Of a DNA stretch of 64,000 nt, positions 31,935 to 42,210 are shown piece after piece. The notes beneath the pieces are model-generated. The model searched no databases. It worked only from the letters and a program-made list of their open reading frames with translations, and was not told where the DNA came from. Location of the stretch: positions 1,896,803 through 1,960,802 of the forward strand of contig NZ_CAXXEN010000002.1 in the NCBI RefSeq assembly GCF_963676285.2, read 5' to 3'. The translations under genes were made by a program, and so were the position numbers. How positions within the stretch are numbered: the stretch's first letter is position 1; every line of letters starts with the position of its first letter. The DNA comes from an uncultured Sphaerochaeta sp. (GTDB lineage Bacteria; Spirochaetota; Spirochaetia; Sphaerochaetales; Sphaerochaetaceae).

Positions 31935-32485
31935 TGGAAAAGTTTATACCAAACCTTAAGAAAAAATACCTGGAAACAGTAGCTCCTGCTCTGTTTGAAG
32001 ATTTTGGCTATAGCTCCAAAATGCAGATCCCCGCTCTCGAGAAGGTTGTTGTCAGTGTCGGTGTCGGCGAAGCCATTACCAATAAGAAGCTCCTCGATGC
32101 TGCTGTCAAGGAGCTTGAGCAGATCACCGGTCAGCATGTATTGAAAACCAAGGCCAAAAAGTCCATCGCAAACTTCAAGGTTCGTGAAGGGTATGAAATT
32201 GGTGCTATGGTGACTCTACGTGGTGAAAACATGTGGTTCTTCCTGGAGAGGCTGATCAGCATCGCTCTTCCCCGCGTTAAGGACTTTAGAGGTGTCAAGC
32301 CCAATGCTTTTGATGGGCATGGGAACTACTCACTCGGTATCACCGAGCAGATTATTTTCCCTGAGATTGACTTCGATAAGATCGAACGCGTCAGCGGTTT
32401 GAATGTCGCCATTGTAACGACCGCAAAGACCGATGAAGAAGGCTACGCCCTGCTCGCAAAGCTTGGCATGCCCTTCAGTAAATAA
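31934..32485 (+). CDS. rplE: 50S ribosomal protein L5
   Basis: [36 protein letters not shown]. Confidence 0.97.
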   Translation: MEKFIPNLKKKYLETVAPALFEDFGYSSKMQIPALEKVVVSVGVGEAITNKKLLDAAVKELEQITGQHVLKTKAKKSIANFKVREGYEIGAMVTLRGENMWFFLERLISIALPRVKDFRGVKPNAFDGHGNYSLGITEQIIFPEIDFDKIERVSGLNVAIVTTAKTDEEGYALLAKLGMPFSK

Positions 32486-32499
32486 GGGGTAAGAGACAT

Positions 32500-32685
32500 A
32501 TGGCAAAGAAATCAATGATCGTAAAGGCCAAGAGAGAGCCTAAGTTCAGCACCAGACACGTCAATCGCTGCAGAATTTGCGGCAGACCCCGTGGCTATAT
32601 GCGCCAATTCGACATGTGCAGGATCTGTTTCCGTAAATTGGCTAGTGAAGGCCAGATTCCTGGTGTTACCAAATCCAGTTGGTAG
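32500..32685 (+). CDS. rpsN: 30S ribosomal protein S14 (zinc-binding type Z)
   Basis: 61 aa, [27 protein letters not shown]. Confidence 0.96.
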   Translation: MAKKSMIVKAKREPKFSTRHVNRCRICGRPRGYMRQFDMCRICFRKLASEGQIPGVTKSSW

Positions 32686-32694
32686 GAGAGAAAA

Positions 32695-33093
32695 ATGGCT
32701 GTAAGTGATCCAGTAGCTGATATGCTGACTAAGGTTAGAAATGCTAACATGGCCAAGCATGAGAAAGTAGATGTTTCTACTTCCAAGATGAAGCTTCAGA
32801 TAGTGAAGATTCTAAAGAATGAAGGATATATCAAGAACTTCAAGAAGGTGACCAAGGATGGGATTTCCTATATCCGAGTTTTCCTGAAGTATGATGATAA
32901 TCAGAGTCCAGTACTCCATGGGATTCAACGCATCAGCACCCCTGGCCGTCGTGTTTACACCGGCTATCGTGAGATGCCCCGTGTGTACAACGGACATGGC
33001 GTCGTTGTAGTATCTACTTCTTCGGGTGTCATCACCGGGAAGAAGGCTACAGAGAACAAGGTCGGTGGCGAGCTGATCTGCTCTATTTGGTAA
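32695..33093 (+). CDS. rpsH: 30S ribosomal protein S8
   Basis: [34 protein letters not shown]. Confidence 0.97.
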   Translation: MAVSDPVADMLTKVRNANMAKHEKVDVSTSKMKLQIVKILKNEGYIKNFKKVTKDGISYIRVFLKYDDNQSPVLHGIQRISTPGRRVYTGYREMPRVYNGHGVVVVSTSSGVITGKKATENKVGGELICSIW

Positions 33094-33105
33094 GGTGGTA
33101 AAGAA

Positions 33106-33651
33106 ATGTCCAGAGTTGGAAAATTGCCAATCACAGTACCGCAAGGGGTCAAAGTTGCCATCAACGGTGGTTTGATTAATGTCGAAGGTCCGAAAGGAAA
33201 GCTCAGCTGCCCAACCCGTCCTGAGGTTGTAATCAACATAAAGGAATCCGAGATAAACGTGGTTCCCAAGGATGAGTCCAAGGAAAGCAATAGCTTCCAG
33301 GGCCTCTACCGCCAGTTGGTTAACAATATGGTTATTGGAGTGTCCAAGGGATTCTCCAAGACCCTCATGATCAACGGTGTCGGTTTTCGTGCTGACCTAA
33401 AGGCCAACATCCTGACCCTCAACCTCGGGTACTCCGAATTGATTGAAGTTGTACTTCCCCAGGGAATCACTGCTACCGTGGAAAACCCCAACAAGGTTAC
33501 CATCAGCGGTATCGACAAGCAGCTCGTCGGGCAGACTTGTGCAGAGATCCGTTCCCTCCGAGAACCTGAACCATATAAGGGTAAGGGAATTCGGTATGAG
33601 GACGAGGTAATCAGGCGCAAGGCTGGTAAGACAGCTTCTGCTAAGAAATAG
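33106..33651 (+). CDS. rplF: 50S ribosomal protein L6
   Basis: MSRVGKLPI, GPKGKL, PEPYKGKGIRY. Confidence 0.97.
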   Translation: MSRVGKLPITVPQGVKVAINGGLINVEGPKGKLSCPTRPEVVINIKESEINVVPKDESKESNSFQGLYRQLVNNMVIGVSKGFSKTLMINGVGFRADLKANILTLNLGYSELIEVVLPQGITATVENPNKVTISGIDKQLVGQTCAEIRSLREPEPYKGKGIRYEDEVIRRKAGKTASAKK

Positions 33652-33667
33652 TGGGTAGGTAGATAAG

Positions 33668-34027
33668 ATGAATAGAGTTATCGATAAAAGAAGGAAACTT
33701 GCTCGTCGTAAGTATCATATTCGAAAGCACATTTCCGGTACTGCAAGTAGGCCGAGAATGAGCGTGTTTCACAGCAATTCCCACATGTATGTACAGGTCA
33801 TCGACGATGTAGCTGGTAACACCCTCGTTGCTGCTAGCACCATGGAGAAAGAGCTCAAGGGCTTGAAGAACACGGTAGAAGATGCAGCAAAACTCGGGGA
33901 AACCATTGGTAAGAGAATGCTCGAGAAGCAGATCGACACCTGTGTGTTTGATCGAAATGGCTATCTGTTCCACGGAGTTGTCAAGAGCATCGCAGATGGC
34001 GCACGCAAAGTTGGCGTAAAGTTCTAG
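33668..34027 (+). CDS. rplR: 50S ribosomal protein L18
   Basis: [25 protein letters not shown]. Confidence 0.96.
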   Translation: MNRVIDKRRKLARRKYHIRKHISGTASRPRMSVFHSNSHMYVQVIDDVAGNTLVAASTMEKELKGLKNTVEDAAKLGETIGKRMLEKQIDTCVFDRNGYLFHGVVKSIADGARKVGVKF

Positions 34028-34036
34028 GGGGATACT

Positions 34037-34549
34037 GTGGATAGATCGAGAGATAGAGATAGAGATAAGAACGACGGGTTTGTCGAGAAGCTGATCAAGC
34101 TGAACCGTGTTGCCAAGGTTGTCAAGGGTGGTAGAAGGTTCTCCTTCTCCGCACTGGTAGTCGTAGGCGACCAGAATGGTAAGGTTGGATATGGTTTCGG
34201 TAAGGCCAATGACGTCACTGAGGCGATCAGAAAGGCTGTCGATCGTGCTAAGTCAAGCATGATTGTTGTACCGATGAAGAAGACAACTATTCCTCACGAG
34301 ATCTTGGGAAACTACAAGAGTGCAAGCGTACTCTTGAAGCCTGCAAGACCTGGTACGGGTGTTATTGCCGGTGGTGCAGTCCGCGCTATTTGTGACGTCT
34401 GTGGTATCTCTGATATCCAGGGCAAGTCACTTGGCTCCAAGAATGCAATCAATACGGTTAAAGCTGCCTTTGATGGTTTCGAGAATCTTTTCGATGCCAA
34501 AGTGGTTGCAAAGAATCGGGGCAAGTCCCTGAATGAGATGTGGGGGTAA
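34037..34549 (+). CDS. rpsE: 30S ribosomal protein S5
   Basis: [35 protein letters not shown]; GTG start. Confidence 0.97.
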   Translation: MDRSRDRDRDKNDGFVEKLIKLNRVAKVVKGGRRFSFSALVVVGDQNGKVGYGFGKANDVTEAIRKAVDRAKSSMIVVPMKKTTIPHEILGNYKSASVLLKPARPGTGVIAGGAVRAICDVCGISDIQGKSLGSKNAINTVKAAFDGFENLFDAKVVAKNRGKSLNEMWG

Positions 34550-34552
34550 GAG

Positions 34553-34741
34553 ATGGCTGAAGCAAAGAAAATCAAGGTTACCCTTGTCAGAGGACTTTCC
34601 GGTTCACTGCCTAAGCAGCGCAGAACGGTGAAGGCTCTCGGACTTGGCAAGATTTCCAGCTCGGTTGTACACGATGCTACTCCCGCTACGCTTGGGATGG
34701 TCCGTGTAGTAGCACACCTTGTGAAAGTCGAGGAGATGTAA
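34553..34741 (+). CDS. rpmD: 50S ribosomal protein L30
   Basis: TVKALGLGKI, GMVRVVAHLV. Confidence 0.95.
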   Translation: MAEAKKIKVTLVRGLSGSLPKQRRTVKALGLGKISSSVVHDATPATLGMVRVVAHLVKVEEM

Positions 34742-34742
34742 G

Positions 34743-35174
34743 ATGGGACAGATTCATGCACCGAAAGGTGCCAATAAGAAAAAGACAATCGTTGGGCGTG
34801 GCGCGTCCTCGAAGGGTCGCTCCTGCGGTAGGGGTCATGACGGACAGAATTCTCGCTCCGGCGGTGGTGTTCGTCTCGGCTTTGAAGGCGGACAGATGCC
34901 TTTGTATCGCCGTGTTGCCCGTAGAGGTTTTTCCAACAGTGTATTTAAGAAAGAGTATGCCGTTGTCTCCCTTGATGTGATTTCTGCTAACTTCGAAGAT
35001 GGAGATGTAGTTACCCTCGACGCACTGAAGGACGTTGGGTTGGTCAAGGGGCACAATACACAGGCGAAAGTTCTGTGTAATGGAGAACTTACCAAGAAGG
35101 TAGTTATTGACGGTTTGAAGGTTTCCGCTACTGCAATCGAGAAGATTACAGCTGCGGGTGGCGAGATTAAATAA
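34743..35174 (+). CDS. rplO: 50S ribosomal protein L15
   Basis: GRGHDGQNSRSG, GFEGGQMPLYRR. Confidence 0.96.
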   Translation: MGQIHAPKGANKKKTIVGRGASSKGRSCGRGHDGQNSRSGGGVRLGFEGGQMPLYRRVARRGFSNSVFKKEYAVVSLDVISANFEDGDVVTLDALKDVGLVKGHNTQAKVLCNGELTKKVVIDGLKVSATAIEKITAAGGEIK

Positions 35175-35188
35175 CAAAGAAGGGCTTT

Positions 35189-36511
35189 ATGGCAAACTCC
35201 TTAGTTGAGATGTATAGAATCAAGGATCTCCGGAAAAAGATTTTCATTACCCTAAGCCTGCTGATTGTCAGCAGGATCGGGGCAGTGATTCCTATTCCTG
35301 GGATTGATCCGGAAGTTCTGAAACTGTTTTTTCTATCCCAGAGTTCAGATTCAAATATCGGTCTTACCGAGTATCTGAACTTCTTTTCGGGTGGTGCGTT
35401 CTCCAACTTTTCTCTGTTTATGTTGGGTGTCATGCCGTACATCAGCACACAGATTATTGTACAGCTGTTGATGTTGGTTATCCCTTCACTGAAGAAGCTG
35501 GCCCAGGACCCATCCGGGCATAAGAAGATTCAGCAGTACACCAGATATGGTACGATTGTAGTTTGTCTGATTCAGTCGTATGTAGTAACCATCTACGCCA
35601 ACTCCATTCCCGGCGTGATGACAATGAGCACCGTTCCGTTCACATTGGTAGCAATGCTTACCGTAACGACCGGTTCCATGCTCCTGATTTGGATCGGTAA
35701 CAAGATCACCCAGTGGGGTATCGGTAACGGTATCAGTCTGTTGATCTTCGCCGGTATTGTAGCAAGATTTCCCGAGGCCGTATCGGTTCTGTTCCAGAGC
35801 ATCTCCGCGGGTGTTCTGAACCCAATCGTCGTCTTGGTGGTTTTTGTAATGTTCTTGGTAGTTGTTGCTCTCGTCGTGTATGAAGAGCAGGGCGTAAGAA
35901 AGATTCCCGTGAACTATGCCAAGCGTGTGGTAGGCCGCAAGATGTACGGTGCGCAAAGTACCTACATCCCAATCAAGGTCAACCCATCAGGTGTTATCCC
36001 GGTAATCTTTGCAAGTGCTTTGCTTTCCTTCCCGTTGCAGATAGCAACCACATTGGGACAAGAGGTGAGGTGGCTTGCTGCCTTCGCTAATTGGTTGAAT
36101 CCACAGGGTGCCCCCTATCTGATTATCTACGCCCTGTTGATCATAGGGTTTGCCTTCTTCTATACCCAGGTTTCAATGAACCCGGTGGAGATGGCCAAAC
36201 AGATTCGTGAGAATGGTGGTTCAGTTCCCGGCGTACGTTCCGAGAAACTAGAAGAGTACCTTACCAAGGTGCTTAACCGCATTGTTCTCCCTGGCTCCCT
36301 GTTCTTGGCTTTCATTGCCTTGATTCCTACGTTGGTGCAGATGTTCTTCAACTTCCCTGCATCTGTTGCTATGCTTTTCGGTGGAACGTCACTACTGATT
36401 CTTGTCGGTGTTGACTTGGATACCATGCGACAGATTGAAGGTGTTATGAAGATGCACCACTACGATGGTTTCAATGTTGACGGCAAGAAGAGGAAGTCGA
36501 AACACATTTAG
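35189..36511 (+). CDS. secY: Preprotein translocase subunit SecY
   Basis: LGVMPYISTQII, GIGNGISLLIFAGI, SGVIPVIFAS, FGGTSLLI; ~10 TM. Confidence 0.98.
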   Translation: MANSLVEMYRIKDLRKKIFITLSLLIVSRIGAVIPIPGIDPEVLKLFFLSQSSDSNIGLTEYLNFFSGGAFSNFSLFMLGVMPYISTQIIVQLLMLVIPSLKKLAQDPSGHKKIQQYTRYGTIVVCLIQSYVVTIYANSIPGVMTMSTVPFTLVAMLTVTTGSMLLIWIGNKITQWGIGNGISLLIFAGIVARFPEAVSVLFQSISAGVLNPIVVLVVFVMFLVVVALVVYEEQGVRKIPVNYAKRVVGRKMYGAQSTYIPIKVNPSGVIPVIFASALLSFPLQIATTLGQEVRWLAAFANWLNPQGAPYLIIYALLIIGFAFFYTQVSMNPVEMAKQIRENGGSVPGVRSEKLEEYLTKVLNRIVLPGSLFLAFIALIPTLVQMFFNFPASVAMLFGGTSLLILVGVDLDTMRQIEGVMKMHHYDGFNVDGKKRKSKHI

Positions 36512-36526
36512 GCTAGGAGCTAGAAC

Positions 36527-36640
36527 ATGAAAGTAAGAGCAAGTGTCAAACCGATTTGTGACAAGTGCAAAGTAGTCAGACGGAATGGGGTGGTCCGCAT
36601 TATTTGTGAGAACCCCAAGCACAAGCAGAGACAGAGATAA
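36527..36640 (+). CDS. rpmJ: 50S ribosomal protein L36 (missed by ORF track, 37 aa)
   Basis: Hand translation [37 protein letters not shown]; SD AGGAG. Confidence 0.96.
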   Translation: MKVRASVKPICDKCKVVRRNGVVRIICENPKHKQRQR

Positions 36641-36693
36641 ACAGGGTTCGGCGCAAGCCTTCCACTCTATTAGAGAAATTCAGGAGGCCATGA

Positions 36694-37059
36694 ATGGCGA
36701 GAATTGCAGGTGTAGATTTGCCGAACAAGGCAGTAAAAATCGCCTTGACCTATATTTATGGGATTGGTAGGTTTTCGGCGGTTGAGATTTGTGAAAAAAC
36801 AAAAATTGATCCCGATACAAGTATTAATACCCTTTCCAGTGATGATCTGGCAGTATTGCGTAAGGTAATCGAGGAAGAGTACAAAGTAGAAGGACGTTTG
36901 AGAACAGAAGTTGCTCTGAACATCAAGCGCCTTATGGACATCGGTTGCTATCGTGGCCTTCGTCATCGTAAGGGTCTTCCCGTTAACGGACAGAGGACAA
37001 AAACCAATGCCCGTACTCGCAAGGGTAAGAAGAAGACCGTTGCGTCCAAGAAGAAATAA
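36694..37059 (+). CDS. rpsM: 30S ribosomal protein S13
   Basis: [40 protein letters not shown]. Confidence 0.97.
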   Translation: MARIAGVDLPNKAVKIALTYIYGIGRFSAVEICEKTKIDPDTSINTLSSDDLAVLRKVIEEEYKVEGRLRTEVALNIKRLMDIGCYRGLRHRKGLPVNGQRTKTNARTRKGKKKTVASKKK

Positions 37060-37073
37060 GGAGCAGATAGCAC

Positions 37074-37451
37074 ATGGCTACTATTAAACGTAAAGTCAAG
37101 AAAACGGTATATGAAGGTAATGTCTATATTCAGGCGACCTTTAACAATACCATTGTTACCGTTACCGATCTTAACGGGAATGCGGTATCTTGGGCTAGTG
37201 CCGGTGGACTTGGTTTCCGTGGCGCTAAGAAGTCCACCCCCTATGCAGCACAGACCACTGCCGAAAAGGCTGCCAAAGCTGCTATGGATAGTGGATTGCA
37301 GGAAGTGAACGTATTTGTGAAGGGACCCGGTGTTGGACGTGAGAGCGCCATCAGGACGTTGGGTGTGCTCGGACTTAAGGTCCGTTCCATTCGTGATGTC
37401 ACCCCCATCCCACACAATGGATGCAGACCTCGCAAGAGTAGAAGAGTCTGA
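37074..37451 (+). CDS. rpsK: 30S ribosomal protein S11
   Basis: [29 protein letters not shown]. Confidence 0.97.
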   Translation: MATIKRKVKKTVYEGNVYIQATFNNTIVTVTDLNGNAVSWASAGGLGFRGAKKSTPYAAQTTAEKAAKAAMDSGLQEVNVFVKGPGVGRESAIRTLGVLGLKVRSIRDVTPIPHNGCRPRKSRRV

Positions 37452-37469
37452 TGAGGAGAGAGCAGATAC

Positions 37470-38111
37470 ATGGCTAGATATACTGGACCTAAGTGCAGAT
37501 ATTGTAGAGCAGAGAGGACCAAGTTGTTCCTCAAGGGTGACCGATGCCATAGTGGCAAGTGCCCGCTTAATGACATCAAGTCCACTGGGCTTCCTGGTAA
37601 GGATCCCCGCGCGCGCTCCAAGAAGCCGACCGACTACGGTTTGCAGTTGCGCGAGAAGCAGAAACTGAAGAGAACTTATTGCATGCTTGAAAAGCAGTTC
37701 AAGCTTACCTTCAATGAGGCAACAAGACTTCCTGGTAAGACCGGTGAAAACTTGATCATGCTTCTTGAGCAGAGGCTTGATAATGTGGTGTTTAGGCTCC
37801 ACTTTGCTTCCAGCCGTAGTCAGGCTGCACAGCTGGTTAATCACGGACATGTTTTCGTGAATGGCAAGCGTGTTTCCATTCCTTCTTACCGCCTTCGCCC
37901 AGGTGATGAGGTTTCCGTAGGCAAGAGTGGTCAGAAGATGTTGATTATTAAAGAAAACCTCAAGGAATACACCAAAAGTGGCGTATGCCAGTGGCTGAAC
38001 CTCGATGTAGATGCCATGAAAGGCACTTTCATCGCAGTTCCGAGAAGAAGTGAAGTCACCGAGCTCGAAAAGATAAACGAGCAGCTGGTTGTCGAGTTGT
38101 ATTCCAGATAA
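37470..38111 (+). CDS. rpsD: 30S ribosomal protein S4 (zinc-motif type)
   Basis: MARYTGPKCRYCR..RCHSGKC, YGLQLREKQK, LEQRLDNVV, QLVNHGHV. Confidence 0.97.
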   Translation: MARYTGPKCRYCRAERTKLFLKGDRCHSGKCPLNDIKSTGLPGKDPRARSKKPTDYGLQLREKQKLKRTYCMLEKQFKLTFNEATRLPGKTGENLIMLLEQRLDNVVFRLHFASSRSQAAQLVNHGHVFVNGKRVSIPSYRLRPGDEVSVGKSGQKMLIIKENLKEYTKSGVCQWLNLDVDAMKGTFIAVPRRSEVTELEKINEQLVVELYSR

Positions 38112-38120
38112 GGAGTAACC

Positions 38121-39173
38121 ATGGCACGCAAAAACCTTCTGAAGGGCTTTAAGAAGCCCAAGGGGATCACCTTCGAACATAGCGCAGTTGAGCCGAACTA
38201 TGGGAAATTCATCGCTTATCCGTTTGAGAGAGGCTTTGGTACCACGATCGGTAACACGCTTAGGAGGGTACTCCTCTCATCGATCCAGGGGTATGCCGTC
38301 ACTGCCGTAAAGTTCACCAGCTTCAATGAAGATGGTGTTCCCCACTTGATCTCAAGTGAATATGAGCAGCTTCCCGGTGTTCGCGAAGATATCGCGGATA
38401 TCATTGCCTCGCTCAAAAAACTACAGATCAAGATGCCCGATGACTCGGAGGGTACAAACCTCCTCATCGAGTGTAAGGGACCCGGCGTTGTGACCGGTGC
38501 AAACTTCGAGCGTGACCAGGTTGAGATCACCAACAAGGATCTGGTTCTTTTCACGATGATGGATGATGCCAACATCGAGATGGAAGTTCAGATAGACCTT
38601 GGTAGGGGCTATGTCCCGTCTGAAATCAACGAGAAGTATGTGGAAGAGATTGGGACCATCCCCATTGATGCCAGCTTCTCACCGGTTACCCGCGTAAAGT
38701 ATTCGATTGAACCCACCCGTGTTGGCTATCGTAGTGATTATGACAAGCTCACACTGGAAATCTACACTGATGGTACGATTATTCCTCAGAATGCGCTTGC
38801 AGAGGCTGCTAAGATTGCAAAGGATTATTTCCAGATCTTTATTAACTTTGATGAAACGTTGATCAACAACAATGACGAAGTTGATGAAGAGGAGGAACGC
38901 GTCCGCAAGATACTCAACACTTCCGTTGAGGAACTTGAATTGACAGTACGCTCCAGCAACTGTCTGAAGAACGCAAACATCCGAACCATCGGCGATCTCA
39001 CCAAGAAGACTGAGGAAGAGATTGCAAAAACGAGGAACTTTGGCAAGAAGAGCCTCCAGGAAATTAAGGAGAAACTGAAGGAGTGGAATCTCAGCCTTGG
39101 GATGACCGACTACAGTGTCCTGAAAACTGCAATCAAAGTACCAGGGAACAAGGAAGAAGAGAATGAAGCATAA
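38121..39173 (+). CDS. rpoA: RNA polymerase alpha subunit
   Basis: [47 protein letters not shown]. Confidence 0.98.
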   Translation: MARKNLLKGFKKPKGITFEHSAVEPNYGKFIAYPFERGFGTTIGNTLRRVLLSSIQGYAVTAVKFTSFNEDGVPHLISSEYEQLPGVREDIADIIASLKKLQIKMPDDSEGTNLLIECKGPGVVTGANFERDQVEITNKDLVLFTMMDDANIEMEVQIDLGRGYVPSEINEKYVEEIGTIPIDASFSPVTRVKYSIEPTRVGYRSDYDKLTLEIYTDGTIIPQNALAEAAKIAKDYFQIFINFDETLINNNDEVDEEEERVRKILNTSVEELELTVRSSNCLKNANIRTIGDLTKKTEEEIAKTRNFGKKSLQEIKEKLKEWNLSLGMTDYSVLKTAIKVPGNKEEENEA

Positions 39174-39660
39174 GATTGGATTCAATGCGCTTAATAGAAG
39201 CTCTGCACACCGTAAAGCTTTGAAGCGCAACATGGTGACCAGTCTGTTCAGATATGAGCGGATTGAGACCACCAAGGCAAAGGCTCTGGAAGTACGCAAA
39301 ATGGCTGAGAAAATGATCACCCGCGCTAAAGTTGACAATGTGGCCAATCGCCGCCAGATTGCACGGGACATTTATGATGAAGCAATTGTTGCAAAGCTCT
39401 TCACAGAGATCGCTCCCTTGTTTGTCGAGCGGAAGGGCGGTTACACCCGTGTCCTGAAGACCGGCAATCGTCTCGGTGACGCTGCCGAGATGGTAATCCT
39501 CGAGCTGGTGGAGAAAACTTCAAAGCCCGAGAAGAAGGCCGAAAAGAAGACTGAAAAGAAAGCTGAGAAGAAGACTGAGAAGAAATCTGAACAGAAGACT
39601 GAAAAGAAGGCCTCAAAACCAGCCAAGAAGGCTGAGAAGAAGGACAAAGAGGAGAAATAA
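39163..39660 (+). CDS. rplQ: 50S ribosomal protein L17 with Lys/Glu-rich C-terminal tail
   Basis: [29 protein letters not shown]; tail of EKKx repeats. Confidence 0.96.
   Translation: MKHKIGFNALNRSSAHRKALKRNMVTSLFRYERIETTKAKALEVRKMAEKMITRAKVDNVANRRQIARDIYDEAIVAKLFTEIAPLFVERKGGYTRVLKTGNRLGDAAEMVILELVEKTSKPEKKAEKKTEKKAEKKTEKKSEQKTEKKASKPAKKAEKKDKEEK
39529..39612 (+). repeat. Degenerate 12-bp coding tandem repeat (7 units, EKK[ATS]) in rplQ
   Basis: GAR-AAG-AAR-NCY units at 39529, 39541, 39553, 39565, 39577, 39589, 39601. Confidence 0.85.
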
Positions 39661-39700
39661 GCCTCTATTGGGTCTCTTCACCTGTAGTATATGCCCGTAT

Positions 39701-39738
39701 GGGCAAAGCCGCTGTTGTAATGACAGCGGTTTTGTTTA
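39701..39738 (+). terminator. Terminator of the ribosomal supercluster
   Basis: CAAAGCCGCTGT...ACAGCGGTTTTG stem followed by TTTATT. Confidence 0.7.
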
Positions 39739-39814
39739 TTCTGATGAATGTGCAATTATCAACAAACTGTTGTACAACTTGTACTGTAAGCCAAGATAAC
39801 AGATGGGTTTAGCC

Positions 39815-39843
39815 TTGACAATTCTGACAGCCGTACGTATTAT
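39815..39843 (+). promoter_or_regulatory. Sigma70 promoter of rny operon
   Basis: TTGACA, 17 bp, TATTAT. Confidence 0.75.
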
Positions 39844-39869
39844 TGTACCATTATAATAGGGGGTAGTAT

Positions 39870-41402
39870 ATGAACAATATACTTTTGATCCTCCTAAGTT
39901 GTTTTATTGGTATCATCTTTGGTTGGTTAGGCCGTTGGCTGTATGCGAAATTTAAGCTTACCTCCGTTGAACAGAAAGCTATTAGGTTGAATGAGGAAGC
40001 TATAAAGGAAGCGGAAGCAAAAAGCAAAGAGCTTTTGCTTGAGACTCGGGATCAGTTGTTGAAAGAACAACAACAGCAGGAACGAGAGGCTAGAGAGAGA
40101 CGGATTGAACTGCAACGTTCTGAGAGAAGACTCACGCAAAAAGAGGAAAATCTCGAGCATAAGCAGGCTGAATTGGATGCTATCAAAAAGCAATTGGGAG
40201 ATTGGGAAGGAAACCTTTCCAAGAAAGAACAAGAGATTGCCGAAAAAGAAGGCAGCTTGATTACAGAACTTGAACGTATCGCTGGACTTTCTGCTGATGA
40301 AGCCAAGAATATCATCATGGAAACCATGTACAACGATGCGAGGAGAGATGCCCAGCTCATGATCAACAAGATTGAGCAAGAGGCCCAGCTCTCCGCTGAC
40401 AAAAAAGCAAGGGATATCGTCGTTACCTCGATTCAAAGGTTGGCAACAGAGGTCGTCAGTGATGCGACGGTCAGTTCAGTGAATCTTCCCAGTGATGAGA
40501 TGAAAGGCAGGATAATCGGTCGTGAAGGCCGCAATATTCGCACCTTGGAAACACTCACTGGTGTGGATGTAATTATCGATGATACGCCTGAGGCTGTAGT
40601 TATTTCCTGTTTTGACCCAGTTAGGAAGGAAATTGCTCGTGTCGCGCTCGAGAGACTTGTCCAGGATGGAAGAATTCATCCGGCACGTATCGAAGAGGTG
40701 GTGAACAAGGTATCGAAGGAAGTGGGGAGGATCATTGCAGACGAAGGTGAGAAAGTCATCTTCGACCTAGGGGTACATAATGTGAGCCCTGAGATGATTC
40801 GTGCACTTGGTCGACTGTACTTTAGGACCAGCTACGGGCAGAATGTGTTGAATCACTCGAAGGAAGTAGCCATTCTCTCCGGCATGATCGCCAGTGAGGT
40901 CGGTGCAAATAGTGAGTTGGCACTCCGTGCTGGACTCCTGCATGACATCGGAAAAGGAACTGAAACTGAGAGTGACGCAAACCACGCGGAAATGGGCGCG
41001 GAAATGGCTAAACGACTTGGGGAAGATCCCAAGATTGTGAATGCCATCCTTGCTCACCATAACGATACAGAACCGCAGACCCTGGAAGCAGTAATTGTGC
41101 AGATAGCCGATGCTATCAGTGCAGCGAGACCAGGAGCAAGGCGGGAGACGCTCGATAATTACATCAAGCGCCTTGAGTCGCTGGAACACATCGCTGAGAG
41201 TTTTGAAGGCGTGGATAAGGCATATGCCATCCAAGCCGGTAGAGAACTCAGGATATTGGTTAATAATGACCAGGTCAACGACGACGGGGCTAAGGAGATT
41301 GCCAAGGGCATCGCCAGCCGCATTGAAGCTGAACTGAGGTATCCGGGCAGAATCAAGGTGACCATCATCCGTGAGATGAGGGTTGTCGAGTACGCTAGGT
41401 AG
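39870..41402 (+). CDS. rny: Ribonuclease Y
   Basis: N-terminal TM helix, coiled coil, KH motif KGRIIGREGRNIR, HD motif LLHDIGK, ADAISAARPGAR. Confidence 0.97.
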   Translation: MNNILLILLSCFIGIIFGWLGRWLYAKFKLTSVEQKAIRLNEEAIKEAEAKSKELLLETRDQLLKEQQQQEREARERRIELQRSERRLTQKEENLEHKQAELDAIKKQLGDWEGNLSKKEQEIAEKEGSLITELERIAGLSADEAKNIIMETMYNDARRDAQLMINKIEQEAQLSADKKARDIVVTSIQRLATEVVSDATVSSVNLPSDEMKGRIIGREGRNIRTLETLTGVDVIIDDTPEAVVISCFDPVRKEIARVALERLVQDGRIHPARIEEVVNKVSKEVGRIIADEGEKVIFDLGVHNVSPEMIRALGRLYFRTSYGQNVLNHSKEVAILSGMIASEVGANSELALRAGLLHDIGKGTETESDANHAEMGAEMAKRLGEDPKIVNAILAHHNDTEPQTLEAVIVQIADAISAARPGARRETLDNYIKRLESLEHIAESFEGVDKAYAIQAGRELRILVNNDQVNDDGAKEIAKGIASRIEAELRYPGRIKVTIIREMRVVEYAR

Positions 41403-41409
41403 GTTGTCT

Positions 41410-42210
41410 GTGTCTGATGCTAAAACAATGGTAGTCCTGCTTTTGGGAGATGTCTGTGGACAGCCCGGGAGCAGGGCTCTCTTTCTTGGATTACATACAT
41501 TGGTCAAGGATTATCGAGCTGACATGGTCATCGTGAATGGTGAGAATGCAGCCGGTGGTTTTGGCCTGAATGCCGATTTAATGAACCAATTTTTCTCACT
41601 TGGGGTGAATGTGATCACCAGTGGGAACCATATCTGGCAGCAGGATGACTTAAGGCCACTGCTGGATAGCGAGAAACGTTTGCTTCGTCCTGCTAACTAT
41701 CCCCCTGCAGCACCTGGTCATGGATCTGTGGTCGTTGAGATCAAGGGTCATAAGGTTGGTGTCCTCAACCTGCAAGGAAGGCAGTCCCTGCCATCCATTG
41801 ATTGTCCTTTCAGAGTTGGGTCTGACCAAGTGGCAAAGTTGCGAAAGCAGACTTCCCTGATCTTTGTAGATTTCCATGCAGAGAACCCTGAGGAGAAAGA
41901 AGCCTTGGCGCTCTATCTTGATGGCAAAGTGAGTGCAGTAGTTGGGACACATACCCACGTACAGACCGCTGATGAGAAAATTCTTCCCCAGAAGACTGCT
42001 TACATTACGGATTTAGGTCTCTGTGGCCCTTCGGAGAGTGTCATAGGCTCGAAGCCTGATATTTCGATTGCAAGGCAACTTACCCAAATGCCGCTTCGCA
42101 GCGAGATTGCTGATACTGCACCGGTCATACAGGGGGTATGCATTACCCTGGATACTGCCAGTGGACAGGCGCTCATTATCGAACGATTTACGAGGTTGTA
42201 CGATATTTGA
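41410..42210 (+). CDS. YmdB/TIGR00282-family metallophosphoesterase
   Basis: GDVCG, NGENAAGG, TSGNHIW, RPANYP, DFHAE, GTHTHVQTAD; start uncertain (41410 GTG or 41428 ATG). Confidence 0.92.
   Translation: MSDAKTMVVLLLGDVCGQPGSRALFLGLHTLVKDYRADMVIVNGENAAGGFGLNADLMNQFFSLGVNVITSGNHIWQQDDLRPLLDSEKRLLRPANYPPAAPGHGSVVVEIKGHKVGVLNLQGRQSLPSIDCPFRVGSDQVAKLRKQTSLIFVDFHAENPEEKEALALYLDGKVSAVVGTHTHVQTADEKILPQKTAYITDLGLCGPSESVIGSKPDISIARQLTQMPLRSEIADTAPVIQGVCITLDTASGQALIIERFTRLYDI

Noticed and set aside
34037-34069. AGATAG hexamer repeats at the start of rpsE (RDRDRD)
   Set aside because: Only about three copies; charged low-complexity N-termini are common in S5
36512-36526. Missing adk, map and infA between secY and rpmJ
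   Set aside because: Direct secY-rpmJ-rpsM order is the ordinary spirochaete arrangement, not a deletion scar
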